Counted from the first letter of the stretch, positions 10,986 through 21,473 are shown. The stretch: 64,000 bases of DNA from an uncultured virus (IMG/VR IMGVR_UViG_3300039099_000002) (IMGVR_UViG_3300039099_000002); one strand, 5' to 3'. A program made the numbers and translations. The notes: a model not told the origin generated them from the letters alone.

Positions 10986-11034
10986 GGCTTCGTTGCGGGT
11001 TGATTAGGTTGGCACTCAGTAACATGGAAAATAT

Positions 11035-11382
11035 CTAAAAATAGGGTTGACTTTGGGTGTTATCCATAGTATATATGTCCTGCTCAATACATTCACTCAA
11101 TACTGTGGAGAGATAAACGGGGTATTCTGGCTTATCTTTGTTATACCTCTTCCATGTGTATATTTTATCGTTCGGGGAATATGGCAAAACATTATCCCAG
11201 GATTCGTAGAGGCTCAAGTCATCGTGGATGGTTTCAAAAACAGCGTTGATGCTGCTAATTATCCACTCTAAGGACGGTCTTTGTGAGTGGCGATAACAGG
11301 TTTTAGCCATTCTCAAAGAAAAATCAATCCATCTTTGATTTTTGATTTCTGTTTTTGTGTTCATATTTTTTGTTATTTGCAC
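11035..11382 (-). CDS. Hypothetical protein, C-terminus apparently replaced by promoter-motif DNA
   Basis: The last residues (YTMDNTQSQP) are the reverse complement of the promoter motif. Confidence 0.5.
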   Translation of the reverse strand: MQITKNMNTKTEIKNQRWIDFSLRMAKTCYRHSQRPSLEWIISSINAVFETIHDDLSLYESWDNVLPYSPNDKIYTWKRYNKDKPEYPVYLSTVLSECIEQDIYTMDNTQSQPYF

Positions 11383-11727
11383 ATAAATTTAATCACTAAA
11401 GTTCTGTATGTCTGACTTATGTTTGGGACATCTGAGAAATCCCCAAGTCTTGAAGACTAAAAACCATCAAAAAAAGTTTACTGATTAGCAGAATGTGATT
11501 CACAAAGGTTGTGAATCCCCTCAGTGTCTCCGGCTTCTTCTAAGGTATTCATCTGTGTCCAAAAGTCGTCAGACCGCTTTATAGCCTCTTGGGTTTGGGG
11601 TGGCAATTCAGAAACTAGGACTTCCTCATCTCTACCCCAAACAGACACAAATTCCGTTCTTACAATTTTAGCCCTTTTGTTTTCTCCTTCTTGTTGATTT
11701 TTTATAGTGAACCATTGGCTTTGCAGA

Positions 11728-11979
11728 CTAATAACTATCCAGTCCCATAACCTTCTTTTTTGGTTCTGGTCTTTCTGTTTTCCATTTTTTGATGCTGGTT
11801 TCGTAGAATTTTTGTCGAGGATTACTGTTCCAGGATGCTATCACGAAACCTATTTCAAGGTTGACTTCTAATATCCTGACTCTGTATAATGCGCGAATAC
11901 TTAATTCAGTGTTTCCAAGTTTTTGAGTTTCGACGCTGTAAACAAGCTGTCCTGGTTTTAGTTTTTTAATGTCTGCCAT
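11728..11979 (-). CDS. Hypothetical phage protein
   Basis: Follows promoter 12013-12041 and an AC-rich leader. Confidence 0.7.
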   Translation of the reverse strand: MADIKKLKPGQLVYSVETQKLGNTELSIRALYRVRILEVNLEIGFVIASWNSNPRQKFYETSIKKWKTERPEPKKKVMGLDSY

Positions 11980-12109
11980 GTTAGTTGATTTTTGTTTTTT
12001 CTTTATTCTTGTATAATACTATGGTTAACAAAAAAAGTCAACTACATTTTTTTAGTTTTTTCTGTGGATCTTTAAGCTAAATCCACAGATTCACGGCTAA
12101 ATCAAATTT

Positions 12110-12619
12110 TTAGAAGCCATCAATATGGCTGCGGCACAAAGCCCAGTCAATAATATCGGTGTGATTAAACGCGAGTTTTTCCTGCTTCCATCCATTCCTA
12201 GTTACTTCCATCCACTTAACTTCTGTGACCTCAGAGCTAGTTTTTAGTTCTGGGAGTTCTTCTACCTTGCAATTAACAATAAATCGCAGCGATACCGTCT
12301 CGTTTTCGCTCGGATTGGGGTCAGACATAACCGCATCTGGCTGAGGATTTATATTGAAACAAAAATCAGACAATTTTATGCCTAATTCCTCAAGAACCTC
12401 TCTTTCAGCAGCTTCATAAGCAGACTCGCCCCAATCTAGAAAACCGCAAGGAATACCCCAGTGTTCTGGATATAAATTTAATTCTTTTGAGCGTTTACCG
12501 AGTGGCACATAGGTCAACCCTTCGCACTTAAACAATGGGATAACCACCACCGCTACGCTGCGGGATATCCAGTAATTTTTGCCGTCTTCGCCTTTGATTT
12601 GAAAATTTGGAGTTGACAT
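12110..12619 (-). CDS. NUDIX hydrolase
   Basis: Nudix box GFLDWGESAYEAAEREVLEELGI. Confidence 0.92.
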   Translation of the reverse strand: MSTPNFQIKGEDGKNYWISRSVAVVVIPLFKCEGLTYVPLGKRSKELNLYPEHWGIPCGFLDWGESAYEAAEREVLEELGIKLSDFCFNINPQPDAVMSDPNPSENETVSLRFIVNCKVEELPELKTSSEVTEVKWMEVTRNGWKQEKLAFNHTDIIDWALCRSHIDGF

Positions 12620-12685
12620 ACATGAACAATTAAATTAACTATCTCGCCTTAATTTTAATAGTATGCATCTAATTCTATATTTGCA

Positions 12686-13120
12686 TCAAAATACAATCCC
12701 CCACAAAAACAGAATAAAATAATTTATTCTTAGCCGCCAAGCAGTAAACCAATGTTGATGATTATCAATTCCCCCGCGCTGTATCCAGATTTTATGATAA
12801 TGCAATGACCTGCGGCTTTTGCTGGTTCCATAACTATTTTGATGACACTCTTTGCAAATGGGAACAATATCAAACCCTGGAATCTCAAAACCAGAAATTG
12901 ATTTCACTGGCAAGTTCAGCAGCAACAACCCCAGCGTTCTCCTTAATAGCGATCGCCTGTAATGGAGATGGTGAACTATCTGTGCATCCCCATGAAAAGG
13001 GTTATTAGTGCAAAGCGGCTGCATTTTAGTTGTGTGCTTTACCTTCGAGTGCCAATTCTCGCTATATTTAAAGTGTTCCTGCTTTTTGCTCCCTCGCGCA
13101 TTTGTTGTTTCTCGTTTCAC
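12686..13120 (-). CDS. HNH-like endonuclease
   Basis: C...VHHLHY...VPICKECH pattern. Confidence 0.55.
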   Translation of the reverse strand: MKRETTNARGSKKQEHFKYSENWHSKVKHTTKMQPLCTNNPFHGDAQIVHHLHYRRSLLRRTLGLLLLNLPVKSISGFEIPGFDIVPICKECHQNSYGTSKSRRSLHYHKIWIQRGGIDNHQHWFTAWRLRINYFILFLWGIVF

Positions 13121-13212
13121 AATATTTACCCTACATTAATGTTTGATAATTTAATATATCATGTATATTGTGAAATTTTAATGATTCTTATATAAAAGCA
13201 GCGTCTGGTATG

Positions 13213-13605
13213 CTAGATAAACAGACTAGGATCAACCTTAAAGTGTGCGGACAGAGCCTTTGCTTGTTTTTTGGAGATGTCGCGCTTACCGCTTAATATT
13301 TCTGAAATTACTCCACTGCTAGAACCAGTGATTCTCGCCAAATCTGCTTGACTATTCCCACTAGAATCCATGATGTGCTTTAGGATTGCTTGGGGAGTTG
13401 ATTCGTCGTCCATTGGATAGTTTTTTGTCTCATAATCCTCAACAAGAAAAACTACTAACTTGCTTAACGCCCTTTCTTCGGGTGTTAAATCATTTTTGAA
13501 TACAAGTCTCTCGGCTATTTTTAGTAGCCTTTCGTATTCTTCCTCGGTTTCGATTACTTGGGGCGCACTCTCTGCCAGTAACTGACTGTATTTTGTGTTG
13601 TCCAT
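13213..13605 (-). CDS. HigA-like HTH antitoxin / transcriptional regulator (orphan)
   Basis: PQVIETEEEYER...SQADLARITGSSSGVISEILSGKRDISK; probable start ATG 13605; no adjacent toxin gene. Confidence 0.85.
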   Translation of the reverse strand: MDNTKYSQLLAESAPQVIETEEEYERLLKIAERLVFKNDLTPEERALSKLVVFLVEDYETKNYPMDDESTPQAILKHIMDSSGNSQADLARITGSSSGVISEILSGKRDISKKQAKALSAHFKVDPSLFI

Positions 13606-13739
13606 ATTCTCACCAACAAATTTTATTTTATAGTAAAAAAATAATGACATCCGTTTTTAATAAGTGTCATTATTTACCAATTGCAAAGTAGTGCCTCAAT
13701 AATAGCACGATGATACGTTTTACTATTATTGAGGCGTTT

Positions 13740-14468
13740 TTACTCTAAGGTATTACCAGTTAAAAACGCGATCGCTCTTGATAGATCGTCGGGTTTGTCC
13801 GTGAAGAACTCCAACTTGAACTGTCCAGTTTCAGTTGAGACAACGTTGACAGACCCTTTTCTCATGGCGTTTTCAGTGTCAATTTCAAATGACATCCCGT
13901 CGCCAGAAACATCCGCGTTGGCTGCAATTGCCAAGGACTCAATCACCGATTTTACTTTCTCAATTTTTGCCCAAACTCTATCTCTTTCGGTTTTTGACTC
14001 GTCATAGAGGTCAGCGTATTCGGGGAAATATTTATAGATTGCGGATGCGATCACTTTCTCGCCCCTGCCTAATGCAATCTTGATCGTTTTAACTTTCCGC
14101 TTTTTGTCTGCGCCCTTGTCGATGTAATCTGTCAACAGTCTTCCGCAGGGAAGTTTTTCTTCTGGGGAAATAGTAACTGTAACATCGCCATCTGTTGTAA
14201 ACGATGGGATTGAAAGCTCAAAAACATACTTTTTAAAAACACGAAACCCTTGTTGTGTCGTGGTAAAAGCAATTTCAGATTTCCCGCACTGAGTGAGAAC
14301 CACATTACCTGTAACAACAAATTCAGGATCTACATTTTGCTGGATTTCTTCAGCAATTCTTTTAACTAAAAATTCTAGATTATCCGGGTCCAGTCCTAAA
14401 TCAATACCTTCTTGTCTGGTGTAGATTTGCTCCCAGAGCGGATTTGTTTTTGCGGTTTTAGTTGCCAT
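13740..14468 (-). CDS. Hypothetical protein
   Basis: 242-aa ORF with AC-rich leader. Confidence 0.75.
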   Translation of the reverse strand: MATKTAKTNPLWEQIYTRQEGIDLGLDPDNLEFLVKRIAEEIQQNVDPEFVVTGNVVLTQCGKSEIAFTTTQQGFRVFKKYVFELSIPSFTTDGDVTVTISPEEKLPCGRLLTDYIDKGADKKRKVKTIKIALGRGEKVIASAIYKYFPEYADLYDESKTERDRVWAKIEKVKSVIESLAIAANADVSGDGMSFEIDTENAMRKGSVNVVSTETGQFKLEFFTDKPDDLSRAIAFLTGNTLE

Positions 14469-14892
14469 TGTTTTGCGTTTTTAATGTTTTATTGTCTATA
14501 TATAATATACTATTTTTTAGAAATAAAAGCAAGTCATTTTTTAAAATATTTTACCAATTTTAAAAAGAAATTACTAAATTCTACAAGGCTGTTTTGCGGA
14601 TAAAAATTATTTTAGCTTGGGGTTAAACTTTGTGTGCTTCTAGCTTCAATAGATTGTTTTTTATTATGCGGCTAAAAGTGCGATGCTTACCAAGGTTTCA
14701 AAAAATGTTTCTTTTTTGGTAGCGTTTCATAAAAAATAGGGCGTTCCTCTAAATTTGAAAAAAGGCTCTCTTGGAAGCAATACCCTCTAAATGCATCTCT
14801 AAAGTACATTTTTAATTCGTCACGTGGGGTGCTTATAGGCGATCGCCTATAAGCACAAAAAAAGACCCGTCGTAACAACGAGTCTTTCTGAA

Positions 14893-15282
14893 CTAGGTGG
14901 TTCGTCTTGCTGGTCTAAGAAGTGCAGATTGATAGGTGGTTCGTCTTGCTGGTCTAAGAAGTGCAGATTGAAGCGCAGCTTCTTTTTCCGATGAAATCCA
15001 TCCATCTCTTTCTAGATCAGATAGATCCCTGAAATTCGTGTTGATCACCCACGTTCGATCTGGAATGTCGAACGTGGACAATCCTTTTTGCCCAACCATG
15101 TCTTGTGACAGGACGAAGAACCCAAACTTCTTCCTCCAAGTCGTCAGTCCACACTTGGACAAAACCTCCACTTCCCACCCATTTAATCGGGCTTGCTCTA
15201 GTTTGAGGTTTTTATTCCGTTCAAGATCCGCCAACGCGGATTCAACTCGCTGTCTATTAAAATAGTATTTATTGATTGTCAT
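14893..15282 (-). CDS. Hypothetical protein driven by the element C outward promoter
   Basis: 129-aa ORF with a duplicated C-terminal QSALLRPARRTT. Confidence 0.65.
   Translation of the reverse strand: MTINKYYFNRQRVESALADLERNKNLKLEQARLNGWEVEVLSKCGLTTWRKKFGFFVLSQDMVGQKGLSTFDIPDRTWVINTNFRDLSDLERDGWISSEKEAALQSALLRPARRTTYQSALLRPARRTT
14894..14971. repeat. Perfect 39-bp tandem duplication
   Basis: taggtggttcgtcttgctggtctaagaagtgcagattga x2. Confidence 0.95.
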
Positions 15283-15324
15283 TTTTTCTCGCTTGTTTTG
15301 TGTTTTGTTTTTTCTACTTCACTT

Positions 15325-15867
15325 ATAATACTGTGGTTAACAAATAAAGTCAAGCGGTATTTGAAAATCATTTTGTATATTACAGGCGTATTACAGGTTT
15401 TTTATCTAGGTGCGTACTTGCATAATATTTTTATAAAAAAGGAAAAAATATTTGGGAAGATGTGCATTGTTTCTTTAAGGAAATGCCATTTTTATTTCAC
15501 ATCTTCCCTTGACTTTGGTACGCTCACTATGATATAATCCGCCCCAAATTTTTAACAGTAAAATAGGGGTTTGAGGCGTGTTACAAGATTTTAGTTTTAT
15601 GGGGCATTATCCAAAACTGGGAACGAATATCCGCTTTATGATTTTGGGAATGTCTCCCCGCAGCCGACCCAAAGACAGAAGCCTTGTTATGTGGGGATTA
15701 CAATATGTTTTTGTAACAAGACTGGGCATCCGTCGGGCTTTTTTGCCGATGGTGCTGGGCGTTGACGTGGTGTGAGTACAAATGCTCGTTTTATAATTTT
15801 GGTGCGGCTGCGGGGGAAATATCGCTAAAACACAAAAGCCTTGCTGTGGCTAGATTGCAATATGTTC
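15325..15867 (+). repeat. Dispersed element copy C (most diverged head) with 2 units; the core of unit 1 is inverted
   Basis: gggaagatgtg/cacatcttccc inverted repeat; ccccgcagccgaccc at 15656-15670 is the reverse complement of the usual core. Confidence 0.9.
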
Positions 15868-16025
15868 TACCGACAAAAAACCCCAACTTCTGCCTGTGAA
15901 TGCAGCTTTGTTTGTTGTTTTGATAATTTCATTTTGCTTGTTTTTTGTGTTTAAAGTTTGTCAACTATAAACACAAAAGTAGCGTGTGATAGTTGATTAT
16001 TTTATGTTTTAAACCAAACTTTATT

Positions 16026-16505
16026 TTATCTGTTTTTCAGATAAAATTCTATAGATTCATCTCCTATGAAATGAATGGGTATGCCGTGCTTGTGAATATT
16101 TTTTTGAACTTTTCTTAGTTCGCTCAAATATTCTGGATAGTAGCGCAGATAGTTAAATAACTTACTATCATCGTATATTACCGACAAAGGAACTGATTGA
16201 TCAGAATCACAAATGCTATTAAAAATTGGACTGTAACAATAGGGGTTTTTAGTTAATAAAACCTCGTACACCCAAAGCAGGGTGTCATAATTTTGTATCA
16301 CTTTATTGTTGTCAGTAACATGAATGTCGAAAGATGGCGTGTTTTTAATTATTTTTTCAAGCAAATGCTCTCCTGTGGTTACAGTATTCTTGTTTTCGGG
16401 ATGTCTTTCTAGGGAATCAAAAAGACTTATTAATTCTCTCAATTCGTAGGCTGTTAGCTTTGTTAGTTTCATTTTTGGTTTGGGGTTTTTATTATGTTTG
16501 TGCAA
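16026..16505 (-). CDS. Hypothetical protein
   Basis: ORF; probable start at MKLTKL. Confidence 0.6.
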   Translation of the reverse strand: MHKHNKNPKPKMKLTKLTAYELRELISLFDSLERHPENKNTVTTGEHLLEKIIKNTPSFDIHVTDNNKVIQNYDTLLWVYEVLLTKNPYCYSPIFNSICDSDQSVPLSVIYDDSKLFNYLRYYPEYLSELRKVQKNIHKHGIPIHFIGDESIEFYLKNR

Positions 16506-16526
16506 TGCTACGGCTAAAAAATAAAT

Positions 16527-16775
16527 TTAACCGCTGTTTTTATTTCCAATCAGACCAGAAGAAATCGTCATACTTGCCAGTCCCAGCTTCGTATGGAACA
16601 AAAACGGAATTGCTCTCTTTAATAAATTCTGGAAACCAAGCTGATTCATTCCTTGCTTAACGCATTGATCATTAGCAGCATAAAATGTAAATGGCGTGTA
16701 GCCATTCAAGCAGTCTAATAAATCGGAAACAAAATCATTAGTTGGGCTTTTTCTTTTGATTGAAATTAGTTCCAT
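16527..16775 (-). CDS. Hypothetical protein
   Basis: ORF with AC-rich leader. Confidence 0.5.
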   Translation of the reverse strand: MELISIKRKSPTNDFVSDLLDCLNGYTPFTFYAANDQCVKQGMNQLGFQNLLKRAIPFLFHTKLGLASMTISSGLIGNKNSG

Positions 16776-16863
16776 TTTTGTTTGTTTTTTGGTTTGAGTA
16801 TTTATCTCTTTGTTTAGTAAGCAATACAGTAACTCATTAGTTATTGTATTGCTTAATTGCTGC

Positions 16864-17082
16864 CTACTTTTGAGGTCTAAAGTCTTCGCTTTGTTTCCTA
16901 AGTTCGGCTATTAGCTCGACAGACTCGTTAACATAAAAAGCTACTGGTTCTGCAACTCCAGCTACATACACAAACAAAATTTCCGTCCTTATTTCCCACA
17001 TTACTATAGATTTAATTCGGATTCCATACTCGGCAGTGTGGTTCTTTTCGGTGGTTTCCAGATTTGCAAATGGCTTAGTCAT
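16864..17082 (-). CDS. Hypothetical protein driven by the element D outward promoter
   Basis: Leader nearly identical to that of the 14893-15282 gene. Confidence 0.65.
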   Translation of the reverse strand: MTKPFANLETTEKNHTAEYGIRIKSIVMWEIRTEILFVYVAGVAEPVAFYVNESVELIAELRKQSEDFRPQK

Positions 17083-17126
17083 CTTTTTCTCGCTTGTTTT
17101 GTATTTTGTTTTTCTTTACTGAATAT

Positions 17127-17744
17127 ATATTACTATGGTTAACAAATAAAGTCAAGCGCATTTTTGATTTATTTTTATATTACAAACGTATTACAGAAAT
17201 TTTGGATATAGGTGCGTACTTGCATAATTTTTTGATTTTAATCAAAAATAAAATTGGGAAGATGATCACTTTCTTATAGGAAACTGCCCTTTTTTCTTTG
17301 TATCTTCCCTTTACTTTTGACACACCTTATGTTATAATCCGCCACAGATTTTTTAACGAGAGAATGCGGGTTTGAGGCGTGTTACAAGATTTTGATTTTA
17401 TCGACGTTAGTCCAGGCTGAGAACGAATGTCTGTTTTGCCGGTTTGGAGACGGCTGCGGGGGAATATTGCCAAAACACAAAACCCTTGCTGTGCGGATAT
17501 TGCAATATGTTTTTTGTCGCCAAGGCTGGACAGATTTTAGGTTTTTAGCTGGTGGCACGGGCGTTGTCAGGGTGTTGGTGCAAATGGTTGGTTTATGACT
17601 TTGAGGACGGCTGCGGGGGAGCGATCGCTAAAAACACGAAACCCTTGCTGTGCGGGGATTACAATATGTTTTTGTCGCCAAGGGTGGCATCCGTCGGGCT
17701 TTTTTACCGATGGTGCTGGGCGTTGACGTGGTGTGAGTACAAAT
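17127..17744 (+). repeat. Dispersed element copy D: promoter, head and about 2.5 units, ending at GTACAAAT
   Basis: Head near-identical to copy A; abuts a partial promoter motif at 17745-17770. Confidence 0.95.
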
Positions 17745-17827
17745 CTACGGCTAACAACAAAAGTCAACCCTTGTTTTATTTTTTAATGCAGTAATTAAGC
17801 TTTTACTGCATTACTTGATTGATTGGT

Positions 17828-19705
17828 TTACCCTATGAAATACTCGTCGTTATTTACCGCTGTCAACCTATCAACTTCGTCTGTTACCCAGCGTTGACTA
17901 TACCCACAAAATTCGGCAACCTTGGCGCATAACTCGTATGCCTCTGATATATTTCTAAAACATTCTGTGTTTATTTTCCGGTTTTGCCCAACCCACGCTT
18001 TGAAAGTATTGCCAGGGCGTTCGTTGTGTTCCAACAAAAAACCCATAATATAAAACAAGTGATCTTCACTTGGTGTCCAGCGGTAACCCTTCTCAATCTT
18101 CTGTCCCCGCACCCATTGAATAAATGCCGCAGTCACTTTAAACGGCTTACCTTCTTTAGTGGTGCATTTTTTACACGCCCAATACAACTCTTCGTAGTCT
18201 GGGGAAAAATTACCAAGCTGCTCAAACGCCCATTGATAATTTCTGCTTTCCTGAATGAGATTTATAAATCTCTCACTCAAACTTGTCTCAATTAACTGAA
18301 GCTCAATTTTCTTGTTCTGTCTAACTTTTTTGCGATCGCTCCCACCCTTCTTTGGCTCTGGTTCAGGCTTCGATAAATCAAACTCAAAGCCACAGTGTGG
18401 GCAGTATTCTTCTAGTTTGGGAATATCAGCCCGTCCACAGCCCCAAGCACCGTTAATGTCTTTCTCACCCTCTGGGCATCGCTTGCTGGTGGGTTTTGCT
18501 TTCTTAATCCCGTCCAATGTCCAGAGGTGTGGATCGTCAGGCATACCATGTTCATCTATAATTCCTGCGTGATCCAAATATATGGCTTTTTTAGTGCCAC
18601 TTATCTTGACACCCCTTGCTCGTCCCCGTCTTTGGTTGGCTTTTGTGATCCGTTTTGTTGGTGATGCTAATTGCACACAACCCACCGATATTGAAGGTAG
18701 TTCTAAAATCTCGCAGTATGTTTCGAGATCGAACCCCTCGGTGAGAACGTCACAGTTGCACAATATGTGTGCCTCACCAGAGATAAATTTACGCAGAGCC
18801 TCTTTACGCTCTGGTTGGCGCATTTTGCCATCAATATGAACCGCAGGGATACCAGCCTGGTTGTATTCGGCAGCTATCTCCTTGGAGTGGATAACGCCAC
18901 CGGCAAACACAATCGTCGGCAGATTCCCGTACTGATTCCTAACCCGCTTAACCCATGTAGCCACGAGTTCGCCTCGCAGTTCCTTGGTGTTGATCTTGTT
19001 TTGCAGCTTTTCTGCAACATAATCACCGTTATAGACTGGCACATCCTCAAGATCGGGAGGTGTTGTCGCATAATAAACGATTTCTGGCAGAAACCCTTTA
19101 GTTATTAATTCTGCATGGGAAACCCCACATAAAATAGTGTCAAATATTCCCTTGAAGGTTTTTCCATAAGGGGGTTCAGGTGTGGCCGTGAAACCTATCT
19201 TGTAAGCTTTTGGCAAGTTTGCAAACAAGTCTACAAAACTGTTTGAGGTTGCCAAGTGGCATTCATCAATAATAATTAGCTGAAAGTCAAATGGTAGCCT
19301 GTCCGCTTTCCATTGTTCCCAATTTTGGGCGACGGACTGAATCATAGAAACTTGAATCGGTCTGAATGGTGTGAATGGCCAAGTCCCGCTATTTGGTCCT
19401 TGAATAACCCCGATATCACTTTTATCTATACCAGCCGTAATTAAATGTTGGCGGATCTGTTTGATTATCTCGCCTCTATGTGACAGGAATAATATCTTTG
19501 ACCCACTTAACCACGCTTTTGTAATTATTTTGGCGATTATTTTGCCTTTACCGCCACCTGTGGCAAGCTGAACAATCACAGATTTTTTTCCAGACTTAAA
19601 TTGGTCTCTAACGCCTAAATACAAGTCTTTTTGATAATATCTCAAGTCAGATATTATTTCGCTTTCAGAAAGTTCTCGGATACTTTTTTGCACTACTGGT
19701 ATCAT
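17828..19705 (-). CDS. SF2 DEAD/DEAH-box helicase with C-terminal Zn ribbon
   Basis: LATGGGKG, IIIDECH, GFTATP, LTEGFD, QRRGR and CPHCG motifs. Confidence 0.92.
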   Translation of the reverse strand: MIPVVQKSIRELSESEIISDLRYYQKDLYLGVRDQFKSGKKSVIVQLATGGGKGKIIAKIITKAWLSGSKILFLSHRGEIIKQIRQHLITAGIDKSDIGVIQGPNSGTWPFTPFRPIQVSMIQSVAQNWEQWKADRLPFDFQLIIIDECHLATSNSFVDLFANLPKAYKIGFTATPEPPYGKTFKGIFDTILCGVSHAELITKGFLPEIVYYATTPPDLEDVPVYNGDYVAEKLQNKINTKELRGELVATWVKRVRNQYGNLPTIVFAGGVIHSKEIAAEYNQAGIPAVHIDGKMRQPERKEALRKFISGEAHILCNCDVLTEGFDLETYCEILELPSISVGCVQLASPTKRITKANQRRGRARGVKISGTKKAIYLDHAGIIDEHGMPDDPHLWTLDGIKKAKPTSKRCPEGEKDINGAWGCGRADIPKLEEYCPHCGFEFDLSKPEPEPKKGGSDRKKVRQNKKIELQLIETSLSERFINLIQESRNYQWAFEQLGNFSPDYEELYWACKKCTTKEGKPFKVTAAFIQWVRGQKIEKGYRWTPSEDHLFYIMGFLLEHNERPGNTFKAWVGQNRKINTECFRNISEAYELCAKVAEFCGYSQRWVTDEVDRLTAVNNDEYFIG

Positions 19706-19761
19706 TTTTTTGTGTTTTTTTTGTGTTTGTTTTTATTCTTGTTTTCTACAACAACTGTAAC

Positions 19762-19808
19762 ATATTGAAGCAATATTGTCAACAAAAACATCAATATCGC
19801 ATCAATAT
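19762..19808. promoter_or_regulatory. Paired 15-bp palindromic operators (ATATTR-N3-YAATAT type) around the helicase promoter
   Basis: Boxes at 19762 and 19794 (second has one mismatch) flank a minus-strand TTGACA at 19777-19782. Confidence 0.65.
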
Positions 19809-19904
19809 TATATTTATATTTGGTGGTGAAAACAAAAAAACGCTTGATATTTGCATCTAGCGTTTTTAGGTAGTAAATTGGTGCTGCAAATATTATAACA
19901 CATC

Positions 19905-20756
19905 TTACCATCCTCGGCTAACTATTGTGTCTCCATGACTATCTGTAGCTCCAATAGTAGCAATACTTTTCCCATTAATTTGTATATCTGTTGCGTTTAT
20001 CAAATTCATGTTTGATCCATTTAAATCAAGCTCGATGATACCACCATTTGAACCCCCAAATCTAAATCGCTGTCCTGAAGCGTTTTTAATTTCCCAATAT
20101 CCATTCGCTGCGATAAAAGTCGCGCCACCTTGCGACAATGTAATCTTTTCATTCCCTGTTATGTTGATTGTTTTTTTTGTTTTGATATCAACATTAAAGC
20201 TGCCATCAATTTTGATATTGCCTCCGCCTGAAGAGATAACTTCTATATCTCCTTGCGGAGCATTAATAACTATTTTTTCGCCATTACATTTAATTGTAAA
20301 ATCCCCCTCCACTATTATGTCTTTGTCTCCGCCAACCCCAATTTTACAATCACCAGCAATCAACCGTCGCTCGTCTCCGGGTATTTCTTGGGTATTATCA
20401 TTTACTGGGCTTGTTTGCGATAAGTCTGCTGGGTTTTTATTGTTCGTCAAAGTCCTCAGCAAAAAACCGTCACTCGAATTGCCCTCCACGAAACAAACTA
20501 GAACCGTCGTTCCTATCGGTGGTATTGGCTCGTCGCTGTAACTTGTACTGCGCCCAGCTTGAATCCAATAGCTTTGTCCTTGTCCACCCATAGCTTCCGT
20601 TGAAACCCTTATTCGGCGATCATTTGCAGGATCTTGATTGTCTGTAACTGTTGCCACCTGTATAGCGTGTGACCGCGTTACAAGCTCACGAATATATGGT
20701 AAAAGTTTTATTAAATCTGCGATCGCGCTCCAGTAATTTGCGGTTGGTCTTTGCAT
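19905..20756 (-). CDS. Baseplate assembly protein V / spike (gp5/VgrG-like OB fold)
   Basis: ATVTDNQDP...RIRV...PPIGTTVLVCFVEG followed by beta-helix-like repeats. Confidence 0.8.
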   Translation of the reverse strand: MQRPTANYWSAIADLIKLLPYIRELVTRSHAIQVATVTDNQDPANDRRIRVSTEAMGGQGQSYWIQAGRSTSYSDEPIPPIGTTVLVCFVEGNSSDGFLLRTLTNNKNPADLSQTSPVNDNTQEIPGDERRLIAGDCKIGVGGDKDIIVEGDFTIKCNGEKIVINAPQGDIEVISSGGGNIKIDGSFNVDIKTKKTINITGNEKITLSQGGATFIAANGYWEIKNASGQRFRFGGSNGGIIELDLNGSNMNLINATDIQINGKSIATIGATDSHGDTIVSRGW

Positions 20757-21085
20757 ATAATTTTATTTTTGATTTAAAAAATGCCAAAAGTCTTGATGTA
20801 GATTCCAACATACCAAAACTCCTGACATTAATCCAATATTGAGATTTGTAAATTCACGGGGAATTATTTATATTATATATTTAAATCTGCGAACAATTTT
20901 ATTATTTTATTTTCCCAGTCGCTTGACTTTATTTGTTGACCACAGTATTATAGAGCAAGGAAATCAAAAACAAAACGTGCGAGATTTTATGGTTTTCTGG
21001 ACGCAAGGAGTTCCAGATTATGAAGCCTCACAACAAATTAAAAATGGAAGTGAGCTTTACTAAATAACGATAAAAGGACAAAAAA

Positions 21086-21406
21086 ATGAATTCACAAGAA
21101 CCTTTTGAATGTGAAACTGAATCAGATAAATTGGCGCAGCTTTACATGAAACTAAACGCCACAAGTCAGCAAGACGCACTAAACAGAATCGCTGACCTAA
21201 AAACAATTAGTTCAAGCACAGAGGCTTCAATTAATGAAATACTAAATATTGACTTTCACATTGCTAGACGCGATCTGCGAAACAAATCTATTACTCAAAA
21301 ACTAACAATGCTTTCTATTATTGGAAAAAGATTGCGAACATTAACGGATGTTGCTAACTGTCCAGAAGTTTTGAGTTTTGAAGAATTGGCAACGCGTGAC
21401 AACTAA
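21086..21406 (+). CDS. Hypothetical protein
   Basis: Downstream of promoter 20923-20951. Confidence 0.6.
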   Translation: MNSQEPFECETESDKLAQLYMKLNATSQQDALNRIADLKTISSSTEASINEILNIDFHIARRDLRNKSITQKLTMLSIIGKRLRTLTDVANCPEVLSFEELATRDN

Positions 21407-21473
21407 ATCCAAAGCCTTAACAAATTAATTATTTGATGATTTGAAAATAATGCCAAATCATCAAATAATTAAT

